Shown one piece after another: positions 34,357 through 45,868 of a stretch of DNA of 64,000 bases. The stretch spans positions 59,892,001 to 59,956,000 of the forward strand of contig NC_083234.1 of NCBI RefSeq assembly GCF_032191835.1, in the 5' to 3' direction. Made by a program: the position numbers and the translations under genes. The stretch is from Heteronotia binoei (lineage: Eukaryota). The first letter of the stretch is position 1. Every line of letters starts with the position of its first letter. Below the pieces are notes generated by a model, which made no database searches, was not told the origin of the DNA, and was given only the letters and a program-made list of their open reading frames with translations.

Positions 34357-37300
34357 AGTTCAGACCTTTATTGTCATAAGAGCAATAATGATTCACAATC
34401 AAAAGTAGGTACAAAGGCCTGAAATCTGGTAAGAACAATACACAAACAATCAATTAAAATAGCAGCCAATAATACTAATCAAAAGTAGACACCCAGCAAT
34501 TAAAATACAGTACTATGCCTAGATTTAATTTTATAGGCTTCTACTAAGAAGTTCTCAACACATGTAGTAATAGGGGGATTAACATCTAAAAGGTAGAATA
34601 GAATTTTCCTTTTAGTAAATACATTGTGTTGGAGATATTCAGCTAAAAATTGTCTACGTTGTGAGGCCAGGAGAGGACATTCTAAAATAATATGGGATAT
34701 AGCATCAAGGACTCCTAATTCACATGGTCATAATCTATTTTGGAGAGGTATCTGTCTAAACCTACCATAGAGAACTGTTGATGGGAAGGCATTTAAACGC
34801 GCCAAAGTAAAAGTCCGACGATGGAATGGGGAGTCTAAAGTAAAAAAATAATGGGGTATCTTCCCATGTCTTTGGGGTATACCTAGATTAGCTGCAGAGC
34901 AAACAGGGAGATGTGAGGGGAACACTTTTTGGTATTCGTGATCCATAAGACTTAGTTGGATTGTTCTTAAAATATATAATTTGTCATATAAGAAAAAAGT
35001 GTTCACCTCAATACCAAGTTTTTGTAGTTTGTGAGTAAATGTAGAGAGCCAAGTAATACTATGCTTGTCTTTCATCAGGTAGTATAATAAACTTCCTGAA
35101 TCCGTTCTGAAATGAATTTTTAACCAGAACTTAAAAGCCATAATCCAGGCTCTGGTTTCTAGAAGGTGTAAACCTAGCTCTGCACAAATGGATGAGTAGG
35201 GGACACATTTGAGAGCACCTAAAATCTGACGGCAGAATGATGATTGCACATTCTCCACGCAGGGACTAAAGGCTCCAATCCACAAAGGTATTCCATATAG
35301 CAACTGAGGGAGGATTTTAGCATTGTAAATTTTCAGAGTTGCTGGAATGAACTGGTTACCTCCTAAGAAAAAGAACTTTTTAATTTGCGGCAGAGAAAAT
35401 CTTTCTAGACTTACAGCTTTATTACGATGCATTGACCATCTAAGGTTGTAGTTAAAGGTAATTCTCAAATACTTGTAAGCCTTCACTTGTTCAATTTCTT
35501 TTGTACCAATGCACCATTTACATAGGTGCCAGCTCTTTGAAAAAAACCAGGATTTTTGATTTTTCATAATTAATTACTAGTCGATTCAATCTACAGTATT
35601 GATGAAAGGCTTTCAAGTATTTTTGGAGGCCAGTTCTGGTACGTGAAATAATAACAGTGTCGTCAGTGTATAGCAGTAAAGGCACTGCTAATTGTTCTAA
35701 GAAGGGAGGGTGGCCATTCACAATGGACATATGTTGGTTCAAATCATTCAGAAACAGATTAAAGAGATAAGGGGCAAGAACACAGCACTGTTTTACTCCC
35801 TTAGCAACTGGGAAACTGGAAGAGAGTTGACCATCAGGGGATACTTTAATAACACCTGAGATAGCATCATGTAGTTTCTTGATTAAGAAAAGTAGGCGTG
35901 GTTCCATCCCCAGAGTTATAAGTTTTCCCCATAGCAGATCTCTGGTGACTGAGTTAAAAGCGCCCTTTAAATAGATAAAGGCTGTATACAGTTTCCCTCT
36001 TTTAGGCTTCAATATATTTATCTGACAAGAAGGCAAGAGTGGAGCAATGATCAATTGTAGATTTCCCTTTGAGGAAACCAATTTGTTCCAGGCCAATGAT
36101 CTTTTCTTTAGTTAACCAATTTAATAGGTGACGTTCAAGATGTTTAGAATACAGCCTACATGAGATGGAAAGTAGGCTGATTGGATGATAGTTTCTAGGG
36201 GATTGGGCATATTAATGATCTTAACCAGGACCCAGGGATGTTTTCGTTCTGATCAATAAGAGCAAATAGGTTTGCCAGTGGAATGGCCCACCAGTCCACA
36301 TACTTCTTAAAGGGTTCAGCTGGAATCCCATCTAAACCAGGGGCCTTGCCAGTCTCCAATTCAGAGATTAGATCAATTATTTCCTCAGGACTCACAGGAG
36401 GCCATTCTGGATTGGTTGAAAAGGTAAATTCTTCTCTGCACGCTATTGAAATATCTTGGTCATTAAATATTTCAAAATAATAATCCATTTTTGGGGAGTA
36501 GGTGTAATCACAGCCAGGGCTGAATTATTTTTCAAGTAACCAGAGACCATTTGCCAAAATAGTTTACAGTCTTTGATTTTAATTGTATTCAGCAAATGGT
36601 CCCATTTTTGTTTCTAAAACTGGTTTTTTTTCTCGGTGATAAGGCTATGATATATCTCCTTGTGTGCAGAGTAAATTTTTAGGTTGCAGGAATTATTGTC
36701 TTGCCTAAAAGTTCTAAATGAGTCCCTGAGAAGTTTTTTCATAATCCTGCATTCTGAGTCAGGTGGGATTAGGAAGACAAATTGATTTAGCTACAGAAAT
36801 ACATGAAGCAATTATCTGAGCATAGGCTAAATTGGCCTGAGTGGGCATCAACGTGGCAGATAAGGTTCAATGTGGCCAAGTCCAAAGTAATGCACATTGG
36901 GGCCAACAATCCCAGCCACTAATACAAGTTGATGGGGTGTGAACTGGAGAAGAATGATCAAGACAGAGATCTTGGGGTCGTGGCAGATAACTCACTGAAA
37001 ATGTCAAGACAGTGTGCGATTGCAATAAAAAAGGCCAATGCTATGCTGGGAATTATTAGGAAGGGAACTGAAAACAAATCAGCCAGTATCATAATGCCCC
37101 TATATAAATAGATGGTGCGGTCTCATTTGGAATAGTGTGTACAATTCTGGTCACTGCACCTCAAAAAGGATATTAGCATTAGAAAAAGTCCAGAAAAGGG
37201 CAACTAGAATGATTAAAGGGTTGGAACACTTTTCCTATGAAGAAAGGTTAAAACGCTTGGGGCTCTTTAGCTTGGAGAAACGTCGACTGCGGGGTGACAT

Positions 37301-39227
37301 GATAGAGGTTTACAAGATTATGCATGGGATGGAGAAAGTAGAGAAAGAAGTACTTTTCTCCCTTTCTCATAATACAAGAACTCGTGGGCATTCGATGAAA
37401 TTGCTGAGCAATTGGGTTAAAACGGATAAAAGGAAGTACTTCTTCACCCAAAGGGTGATTAACATGTGGAATTCACTGCCACAGGAGGTGGTGGCGGCTA
37501 CAAGCATAGCCAGTTTCAAGAGGGGGTTAGATAAAAATATGGAGCAGAGGTCCATCAGTGGCTATTAGCCACAGTATGTATATATATAATTTTTTTTTGC
37601 CACTGTGTGACACAGAGTGTTGGATGGGCCATTGGCCTGATCCAACATGGCTTCTCTTATGTTCCTCCATAGAACACGTTTTGGCAATAATTGTTCTAAA
37701 CTCCAACATTCTGTCTGATTGAAATAAGCAGAGTAACTCTTTGTCAGTTTGGGTAGTCCATTTAATTCTTTTAACAGGGTCCTGGGAAACACTATCGGGG
37801 ATATAGATACTGGCATATGAGTTAAAAAGAGAGTTGCTATGAAGTGTCAGGAGGAGGGGCAGATGGTCACTCTCAGTGCGGATTCCAATGGAGAAAGAGC
37901 TAACTAGATTTGAGGAACAAAGGCAATAATCGATAACACTACTACCTCTTGTTGAGGAGTTGGTAAATTCATTTGCATTTGGGAAACTGGGTGACTCATT
38001 TAGGATATTAAGATCATAAGTAATACAAAATTCCATAAGTTGTAAACCCGCCTTATTATATAATGTATCTTTAGAAATTCGTATGTCGGCAAGGGGTACG
38101 TGTAATTGGTCAAATCCTTCAAAGCCTAAAGCAGAAATAAGGTTTTGGTTACTTGGTCCTATCCGTGCATTCATACCACCAATTATAAGGAGTGGGGTAC
38201 ATGGGAAACGTTTAAGCAAAGAAATAATAAAATCAGATAGTTTGTTCCAATTGCTCAAAAGCATTAAATCATCCTCAGGTGGAGGAAGATAAACATTTAC
38301 CAGAATCAGCATAGAAATAGTTAAGTGAATTAACAGAGCCTGTGCTAGGGGAGGGGAAGAGTCAAGTAAAGTTACGTCGGAACATATATTTGCTTTAATC
38401 ATAATTGTTAATCCAGCTTTAAATCTGCCCCTGGAAGCATTTCTATGAGCAGCAAGGTTGAATGGAAGAAATCCAGGGATATTGATTTCTAATTCTGACC
38501 AAGTTTCTTGAAGTAGAATACAATCATAATGGGTAAGGAAATCGATAAAGTCAGGGTCACATGATTTATTCAGCCAGCCAGCAATATTCCAAGATAAGAA
38601 GTGAAGATCTCTAGTTGAAGACTTTTCGGACAGTCAGTCCAGCTCTGTAATTTGGTCGTGTAGTTTTTGAGAGTCTTGATATTTACACCCATTGGATGGA
38701 AAAGCTGGATGGTGTAGAATTAGAGGCCAAATTGTCAGAGTTAAAATTGGTCTGAAGAGAATGATTGGAGATTATAGAAGTACAGGCTTCTTCTTGTTGA
38801 TCTGAATTTGTTGGTAAGTTGTCCTGTGAAATTTCTATTTGATTATTGGGAATCCCTTGAATTCTCTTTTGGAATTCAGTCTGTTTTAATACAAGATTTT
38901 CCCTCAATAGATCCAGTCTCTTTAGGATATCCTGTTGTTCTTGCGCTTGAAGTGATTGGAAGTGATCTCTGATATTATCTTCCAGAATATTATTTCCTGC
39001 TACTATGTCCATAGTTTCATCAAAATTATTAGGCGGGGAACGGCAGTTGGTTAAATCAGTTGGCTCTTCCCTATTTGAATTATTGTTGTCGACCTTTGTA
39101 GTCAGGGGATAATTCTGTTGAGTTGGACACTTCTTGATGGATAGTAGTGGAGAGACCATCTCATTCTTAAAAACAGGGGATAGGAAGACTCCCTTAGATG
39201 CCAGATAACCTTTAGATCGTAATAGAA
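34357..39227 (-). mobile_element. Decayed near full-length non-LTR retrotransposon, RTEX-like (ORF1, APE, RT, C-terminal Cys/His motif)
   Basis: ORF1 remnant 38683-39200; APE SWNIAGW..LLQETW, NARIG, GSSVIDY, SDHLP; RT LYTAF..AF.SV.RDLLW, GVKQ, LLYTDD; CPC..SHIILECP; aataaag near the 3' end. Clade assignment is inferred. Confidence 0.8.
36838..37664 (+). mobile_element. 5'-truncated CR1 nested in the RTEX-like element
   Basis: [16 protein letters not shown]...KYFFTQRVINMWNSLP; ends gcttctcttatgttc; same family as 47035-50700. Confidence 0.92.
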
Positions 39228-39393
39228 GCAGAGGTTGTCCTTGAAAGGGTGGCTGCTGTGAGAGTCCTTTCAGCCCCACCCACCTCACAGGGTGTCTGTT
39301 GTGGGGGGAGAAGATATGGGAGATTGTGAGCTGCTCTGAGTCTCTGATTCAGAGAGAAGGGTAAGGTATAAATCTGCAGTCTTCCTCTTCTTC
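39228..39393 (+). mobile_element. 3' part of tRNA-derived SINE
   Basis: gcagaggttgtccttgaaaggg...ataaatctgcagtcttc. Confidence 0.8.
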
Positions 39394-39629
39394 AAACAGC
39401 CATCACACCTTAGGTCACAGCAACTATCAACTCAGAGTGGGGGGGGAATCAATGAATAATTTCCCCACTCTGATACCCAGTCCTTTCTTTTTGACCTCCA
39501 CAGGCACTCCATACCATTTTGGGCCATGCACAACACACCCCAGAATGCAATGGAAAATGTCTATTGGTTCAGTCTTGCTTTGTGTGTGTGTGTGTTTTGG
39601 ATAGACATCCTACTCCAAGCTCTTCTCAC

Positions 39630-40140
39630 AACCTGAGTTCAATCCTGGTGGAAGCTGGATTCAGGTAGCCGGCTCATGATTGACTCAGCCTTCCATCCTT
39701 ACGAGGTCGGTAGAATGAGTACCCAGCTTGCTGGGGGTAAAGTGTAGATGACTGGGGAAGGCAATGGCAAACCACCCTGTAAAAAAGTCTGCCGTGAAAA
39801 CGTTGTGAAAGCAACGTCACCCCAGAGTCGGAAACAACTGGTGTTTCCACAGGGGATTAGAAAGGTAAAGGTAGTCCCCTTTGCAAGCACCAGTCGTTTC
39901 CGACTCTGGGGTGACGTTCCTTTCACGTTTTCACGACAGACTTTTTATTGGGTGGTTTGCCATTGCCTTCTCCAGTCATCTACACTTTCCCCCTAGCAAG
40001 CTGGGTACTCATTTTACTGACCTCGGAAGGGCGGAAGGCTGAGTCAACCTTGAACCGGCTACCTGAACCCAGTTTCCACTGGGATCAAACTCAGGTCATG
40101 AGCAGTACTGCAGCTTTACCACTCTGTGCCATGGGGCTCA
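39630..40140. mobile_element. Two Sauria SINEs tail-to-tail (+ at ~39630-39858, - at ~39862-40140)
   Basis: Reverse-complementary bodies separated by only a few bases. Confidence 0.88.
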
Positions 40141-40324
40141 GCAGATTTACCTTAAAAGGGAACTTCCTGTCCCTGGAAATCCTTGGAAATGCAGGTGACA
40201 TGAAGACATGAAGGTGCCTTAGGCTGAGTCAGACCATTCATCCCTCAAGGTCAGTATTGTCTACTCAGGCTGGCAGCAGCTCTCTGGACAGAGGTCTTTC
40301 ACATCCCCTCCTACCTGATCTGTT

Positions 40325-40523
40325 GACAGCCAGTTTGGTGTAGTGGTTAAGTGTGCATACTCTTATCTGGGAGCACCAGGTTTGATTCCCCACTCCTCCA
40401 CTTGCACCCTAACCCTAACCTCACAGGGTATCTGTTGCGGGGGAGGAAGATAAAGGAGTTTGTGAGCTGCTCTGAGATTCGGAGTGGAGGGTGGGATATA
40501 AATCCAATATCATCATCTTCTTC
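40325..40523 (+). mobile_element. tRNA-derived SINE, internally deleted
   Basis: Head and tail match the family; middle missing. Confidence 0.8.
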
Positions 40524-40900
40524 TGTTTAATTGGAGGTGGTGGGGATTGCATCTGGGACCTTCTGCCTCCCAAGCCCACCACTGAGCAATACCCTCCCCC
40601 CCAAACAGCTCCCAAAGAAGAAAGTTTTTGTCATCTTTTGCCAAGTCGAGATGCCTGCTTGGAAAGAAGGCAGGAAATCTGAAGGCTGTGTAAGTGTTGT
40701 AAAGCAGTGACTGTTTTTAATTGGTTTAGATTGCTGTTGTATTTCTTATCATAGCAGTGTCATGTACCTCTATAATTAATTTTACTGTCCTTTGCTGTCC
40801 TGTACCTTGATTAGGTCAATAAAGGTTCTTTCTGGTTAAGGAGGAGTCTCCCTTCCTTTTCTCCTTACGTGGGAGATTTATGTTCACCTCACTTGTGCAT

Positions 40901-41091
40901 CAGGGCTTTTTTTTAAGCAGGAACGCAGTTCCGGCTGGCTTGGCATCAGGAGGTGTGGCCTAATATGCAAATGATTTCCTGCTGGGCTTTTTCTACAAAA
41001 AAAGCCCTATGTGAAACAATGGTGACATCAAGGGGTGTGGCTTAAGATGCAAATGAGCTCCTGCTGGGCATTTTCTACCAAAAAAGCCTTG
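40901..41091. mobile_element. hAT-like MITE (CAGGGCTTTTT termini)
   Basis: TIRs plus 8-bp TSD ttgtgcat/ttgagcat (7/8). Confidence 0.8.
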
Positions 41092-41711
41092 TTGAGCATA
41101 CAACAGACTCAAAGAATCCCAGTCCCAGAATATATGTTTAGCTTTACACATGCATTTCTCCAACACAGGGACAGATTTGGATAATACTTGGTCCCAAATC
41201 AGTTACATCTCATGCACAAAAAGCCATCATTTGAGGGATGAACCAGGCATAACAATTCTATGAACTGTTCCCCGAAGCTACTTCAGGACAGGGAGACGGC
41301 ATGATAGACAAGGGTTACACTGGTCTCTCCTTTCTCACTGCCCTGCGCGCCCTGACTGAATTCATCACACACACACACTGCCACTCACAAAGTTCGCAGC
41401 AGCACGTGTGGCTTAGACTTTAGTTGGCCCACCACAAAGAAATATTATTAGGAGTTTTCTGCCCCATCCAACATTCTGTTAGAATCCATTTGCCTGGAAG
41501 AAAAGATAAAGAATTATTACCTTGCAGTAAAACAAAATTTTGAATTATTAATAGAAATGAACAACTGGGGGAGGGGCTCTGTTTTGTTGAATTATTTCGA
41601 GAAGAATGTTCAGAGAACAGGAATGGATTTGGGAGAAAGTGAAATTTGGAACACTAACCATATGCTTTAAAAAAATAATTTATCTATGAGGGAAAGAGGC
41701 AGCTGGGTTTG

Positions 41712-41941
41712 ACCTCATATATGAACATATGAAGCTGCCTTCTACTGAATCAGACCCCCCTCGGTCCATCAGTCAGTCTTGTCTACTCAGACTGTCAGTG
41801 GCTCTCCAGGGTCTCAAGCTGAGGTTTTTCATGCCTACTTACCTGGATGCTTTTTTTTTTTTAGTTGGAGATGCCGGGGATTGAACCTGGGACCTTTTGC
41901 TTACCAAGCAGATGCTCTACCACTGAGCTACCGTCCCTCCC
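41712..41941 (-). mobile_element. tRNA-head SINE with CR1-like tail
   Basis: A-box TAGCTCAGTGG and B-box GGTTCAATCC on the minus strand; tail aaggcagcttcatatgttc; sister copy at 42820-43020. Confidence 0.85.
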
Positions 41942-42102
41942 TTCAGTAGGAACAGATGCAAGATGATCAGCATTTTTAGAGCCCAAACACATATTCCCCC
42001 CCTCCCCTTTATTCATATTGCATCTTTGTAAAGGAGGTGATTTGGAGTGGAGAAGCAGTACAGAGGGAACAAGTTAAACACCTCTTGCTTGGCTCCTTGC
42101 TT

Positions 42103-42405
42103 GAGAGCCAGTTTGGTGTAGTGTTAAGTGTGTGGACTCTTATCTGGGAGAACCGGGTTTGATTCCCCACTCCTCCACTTGCACCTGCTGGAATGGCCTT
42201 GGGTTAGCCATAGCTCTGGCAGAGGTTGTCCTTGAAAGGGCAGCTGCTGTGAGAGCCCTCTCCAGCCCCACCCACCTCACAGGGTGTCTGTTGTGGGGGA
42301 GGAAGGTAAAGGAGATTGTGAGCCGCTCTGAGACTCTTCGGAGTGGAGGGCGGGATATAAATCCAATTTCTTCTTCTTCTTCTTCTTCTTCTTCTTCTTC
42401 TTCTT
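42103..42405 (+). mobile_element. Young tRNA-derived SINE with (TTC)n tail
   Basis: Near identical to 22085-22410. Confidence 0.9.
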
Positions 42406-42819
42406 CCTTTTGAAGCTGCAGTCTTAAAAATATGATCAATCAGGCATCTTTTGCAAAAAAAGGGCTTTCTTACGTAACCTCTGCACTTATTTTAAATTAG
42501 GTAGAACAACTGTAATACCTCAGGTAATGCTCGAGATGATGTACATTGCAGCAAGAAGGAATTTGGGGCTCGGCTGGAGACCCTCATTCAAATCAACCAG
42601 ACCAACAAAGGCCATGTAGCAACCATGAACAAGCCTGGGAACCAAAGGCTCACCCAGGATTGGCTTCTCTGCCTTCCTTCAAAGGGCTGGATCCTGTAAT
42701 TACTTTAGTCCTCCACTGGAAAGAAACATCTCTCTATTAGATGACACCAAATAAATAAATTTAAGAGTACATTCCACAAGCAACAGCCAAGAAACATAGA
42801 AAAGCAACTATTTTCTTCT

Positions 42820-43020
42820 AGAGCATCTGCTTGGTAAGCAGAAGGTCCCAGGTTCAATACCCGGCGTCTCTAACTAAAAAAAAGGGTCCAGGCAAATAGG
42901 TGTGAAAAACCTCAGCTTGAGACCCTGGAGAGCTGCTGCCAGTCTGAGAAGACAATGCTGAGTTTGATGGACCAAGAGTCTGATTCAGTATAAGGCAGCT
43001 TCATATATGTTCATATATAT
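42820..43020 (+). mobile_element. tRNA-head SINE with CR1-like tail (5' clipped)
   Basis: Reverse complement of 41712-41941. Confidence 0.85.
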
Positions 43021-43345
43021 ATATATTCTTCTTTTGACCCTTTACCTATATGGATGGACGGGTAAGTTCAGTTTCAACACATCTGAAGAAGTATGCATGT
43101 ACACAAAAATAAAACTTTGTTGGTCTTAAAGATGCCACTGGACTTAGACTCTGTTCTGGTTAAGCGCACAAGGGGTAAACAGTGTACTTTTTTCTTGTTA
43201 AAAACTGAGCCTCCAATGTGAATTATTTCAGTGGTCTGTGGCAGTGAATGTTAATGATTTCTAGCTACCCTCAATCACCTTTGATATTTTACCATAAAGT
43301 TATCATCTCCTGTAATAAAAACTTGAACCTAAAAAAATAACTCAA

Positions 43346-43608
43346 GACCGATTTCGCACTCACCCTATGCTGCTCTGACGTTCCTCTTTTCAGTGCAGCG
43401 TCCTTCCGATTTCCCACTATCTGCCCCGGGGCTTCAGCTTGCATTGGCGTTTTTGCATGGAAAAGCGAAACCACTAAAAACCAGTTTCTCTTTGCCATGA
43501 AAAACGCCGATCTTTGTTGAAGCCCAGGGGCAGATAGTGGGAAATCTGAAAGAAGCCATGTTGAAAAGAGGAATATCAGAGTGGCGTAGGGTGAGTGGAA
43601 AATCGGTC
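43346..43608. mobile_element. Foldback PIF/Harbinger-like MITE
   Basis: GACCGATTTCGCAC...GTGGAAAATCGGTC TIRs, long internal inverted arms, 3-bp TSD CAA/CAA. Confidence 0.8.
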
Positions 43609-43910
43609 CAAGAGACAAAAATCTAGCTCACGTCAGAAATCTACTTCCTTCTTTCTCTTTTCCATGGGTTTCTTTTTATGTCAACACCCAAGAGTTTACA
43701 GCAAAGCCTGGAGCTTCTTATTTTCTCTGATCCATCTATAACTTTCCATCAAATATTATCCCCCTTATTCTTTCTGTTGGTTTCTCTGAGTCTAGTACAT
43801 CCCTTCCCCCTGCAATTGCTGCCACACAAAGGATCTTTTGCCAGCACCATTAATGTTCTCAAAGGTACCCCAGACTGTTGGGATGGGGGATACCACTGGG
43901 AGATTATTCA

Positions 43911-44183
43911 GAGAGCCAGTTTGGTGTAGTGCTTAAGTTTGTGGACTCTTATCTGGGAGAACTGGGTTTGATTCCCCACTCCTCCACTTGCACCTGCTGG
44001 AATGGCCTTGGGTGAGCCAGAGCTCTGGCAGAGGTTGTCCTTGAAAGGGCAGCTGCTGTGAGAGCCCTCTCAGCCCCACCCACCTCACAGGGTGTCCGTT
44101 GTGGGGGGAGAAGATAAAGGAGATTGTAAGTCTCTCTGATTCAGAGAGAAGGGCAGGGTATAAATCTGCAATTCTTCTTCTTC
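43911..44183 (+). mobile_element. tRNA-derived SINE
   Basis: Full-length family match. Confidence 0.88.
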
Positions 44184-44476
44184 AGAGGTAAAACAGTATG
44201 CAGGTTGAACAAAAGAATCTAGTTTATGTGACCTAACTATGCCAGGTACATCTGGACTGTGCAAACTGATGTAGACACAAGAAATAAGTGGAACCATTGT
44301 TGTGCATGACACAATTTTTTGTCAACCCAACTGGCTTTCCTTTTTAATGAAATGGGATGGGGGGTGGAACCGGAAAGAGAGATGCAAATGGAATTATTCT
44401 TCCAGTTGAACCAACTACAAAGCACAAGCAGGCCAGCAGGCCAGACACAGACTGTTCCATTAGCCCCAATAAAATG

Positions 44477-45868
44477 TCATTTGTTTATAAAGGCCCTACA
44501 AATGCTGGAAATACGCAGACATATGATGATCAGCATTAGTAGAATAAAGAAATAGTTTCCTGCTTGATTTCCTGGGTCCTCTCCCGTGTCCCACGCTATT
44601 TGTTGTAGAACTTTGCTGACATTTCCAATTAATGACATATTGTACCTCCAGAGAGTTGTGTCCTTAATTAGGAGAAGTCGAGAGAGATTTTCTTGAAGGG
44701 GAGCCCGGCAATGATAGACCAAAGCAACATCCATTGGAATCCATTTACTGTCCCCATAGGCCTGGAGAATGGAGTGGACCGATGTCTGAACCACTTTCCT
44801 TGGATCAACAATCATTTTCCGAGGATTAACAATGTGTTTTCGGTCTGGTTCTCGGAGGACATGCTGCAATATGTTCACCCCAGGTATTGTGTTCCAAGAG
44901 GAAGTGTTGAATTTGTAAGTGAGGGTGAACACGGTTTTAGGGAAGACGTGAGTTTCAAAGCGGAAGACACCAGCCATTGGGTTTTGCTCTTGAAGATCCT
45001 GCATCATGGTTTTCCAATCTGGATACTTCCCTGGTAGAATAATTTCATCTACATCGTTGAGGAGCACATATTTGCTCCTGTACATGTTGCGATAAATGCA
45101 GTCATTCAAGGCTGTGATTTGTCCATAGTAGCCAATGTCCTTGGGATCCATTGAGTGATGCCACCGAGATGAAACATTGAGGTGTAAGTCAATGGGCCAG
45201 GGAATTATCTCGACAATCCCTTCTGCAATATAGTAATCCAGCACTTTCTCTATCAGTGGGCTGCAGCTGTTCTTGTAGATCACCACTCGGCCCACCCCAA
45301 GGATTTTATACATCTCCATGCTCTGCAGAAACTGCAGGACGTTGTTGTACTCTCCAAACATGGTGGAGATGCAGACTGTGAATTCCACAAGGGAACCTTC
45401 AGGATCACGGTTTCTTATTTCAAACCGTGGTAGCTGGTCGATATCTCCTGTAGGAGACCAATGTATTGACATGTGACGTGGTTCCCAGTCTTCTGGTTCC
45501 AGACATTTCAAGTCTGTGGCCCCATATGGGAAGTCAAATCTATCGGAATGGACATCTATTTCAGCTTTGGAGATGTATATTCGACCATTAGCTGGGTGAC
45601 AGAACCAGCAGTAAAGTTGCTTGACATCCTTGTGGTGGACTATAGCAATCACTCGTGTCATATTGTTCTTTCTGTTGTCAAAGTATGGAGCAATGATGAA
45701 GGTTCGATTATCTGTTAAGGGTGTGATGGTGTTATTGGCAGGAATCCCTCCACAGAGCTTGATTTCTGGCATGGACAGTTTTGCTCTCTGAAAGTAGGAA
45801 ATAATCACTATTGAAGCGCAGGCAGCAATGCAAACAGGAACCACAAGGTGTGATTTTTTCCTAGACAT
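44477..45868 (-). CDS. Glycosyltransferase family 92 protein (GALT-1-like, DUF23), single coding exon
   Basis: 463-aa intact ORF; N-terminal TM LVVPVCIAACASIVIISYF; FTVCISTMF, VVIYKNSC, EIIPWP, YYGQITALNDCIYRN, LLNDVDEIILP (DxD) and HYC-like LVYHCR motifs; splice acceptor ctttcccatccag before 45919. Confidence 0.88.
   Translation of the reverse strand: MSRKKSHLVVPVCIAACASIVIISYFQRAKLSMPEIKLCGGIPANNTITPLTDNRTFIIAPYFDNRKNNMTRVIAIVHHKDVKQLYCWFCHPANGRIYISKAEIDVHSDRFDFPYGATDLKCLEPEDWEPRHMSIHWSPTGDIDQLPRFEIRNRDPEGSLVEFTVCISTMFGEYNNVLQFLQSMEMYKILGVGRVVIYKNSCSPLIEKVLDYYIAEGIVEIIPWPIDLHLNVSSRWHHSMDPKDIGYYGQITALNDCIYRNMYRSKYVLLNDVDEIILPGKYPDWKTMMQDLQEQNPMAGVFRFETHVFPKTVFTLTYKFNTSSWNTIPGVNILQHVLREPDRKHIVNPRKMIVDPRKVVQTSVHSILQAYGDSKWIPMDVALVYHCRAPLQENLSRLLLIKDTTLWRYNMSLIGNVSKVLQQIAWDTGEDPGNQAGNYFFILLMLIIICLRISSICRAFINK

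Noticed and set aside
41868-41941. tRNA-like gene on the minus strand
   Set aside because: It has A and B boxes but no clean acceptor stem, and runs into a SINE body with a second copy nearby; it is a SINE head.
42132-42439. Poly-Ser and poly-Glu ORFs
   Set aside because: Translation of the SINE (TTC)n tail.
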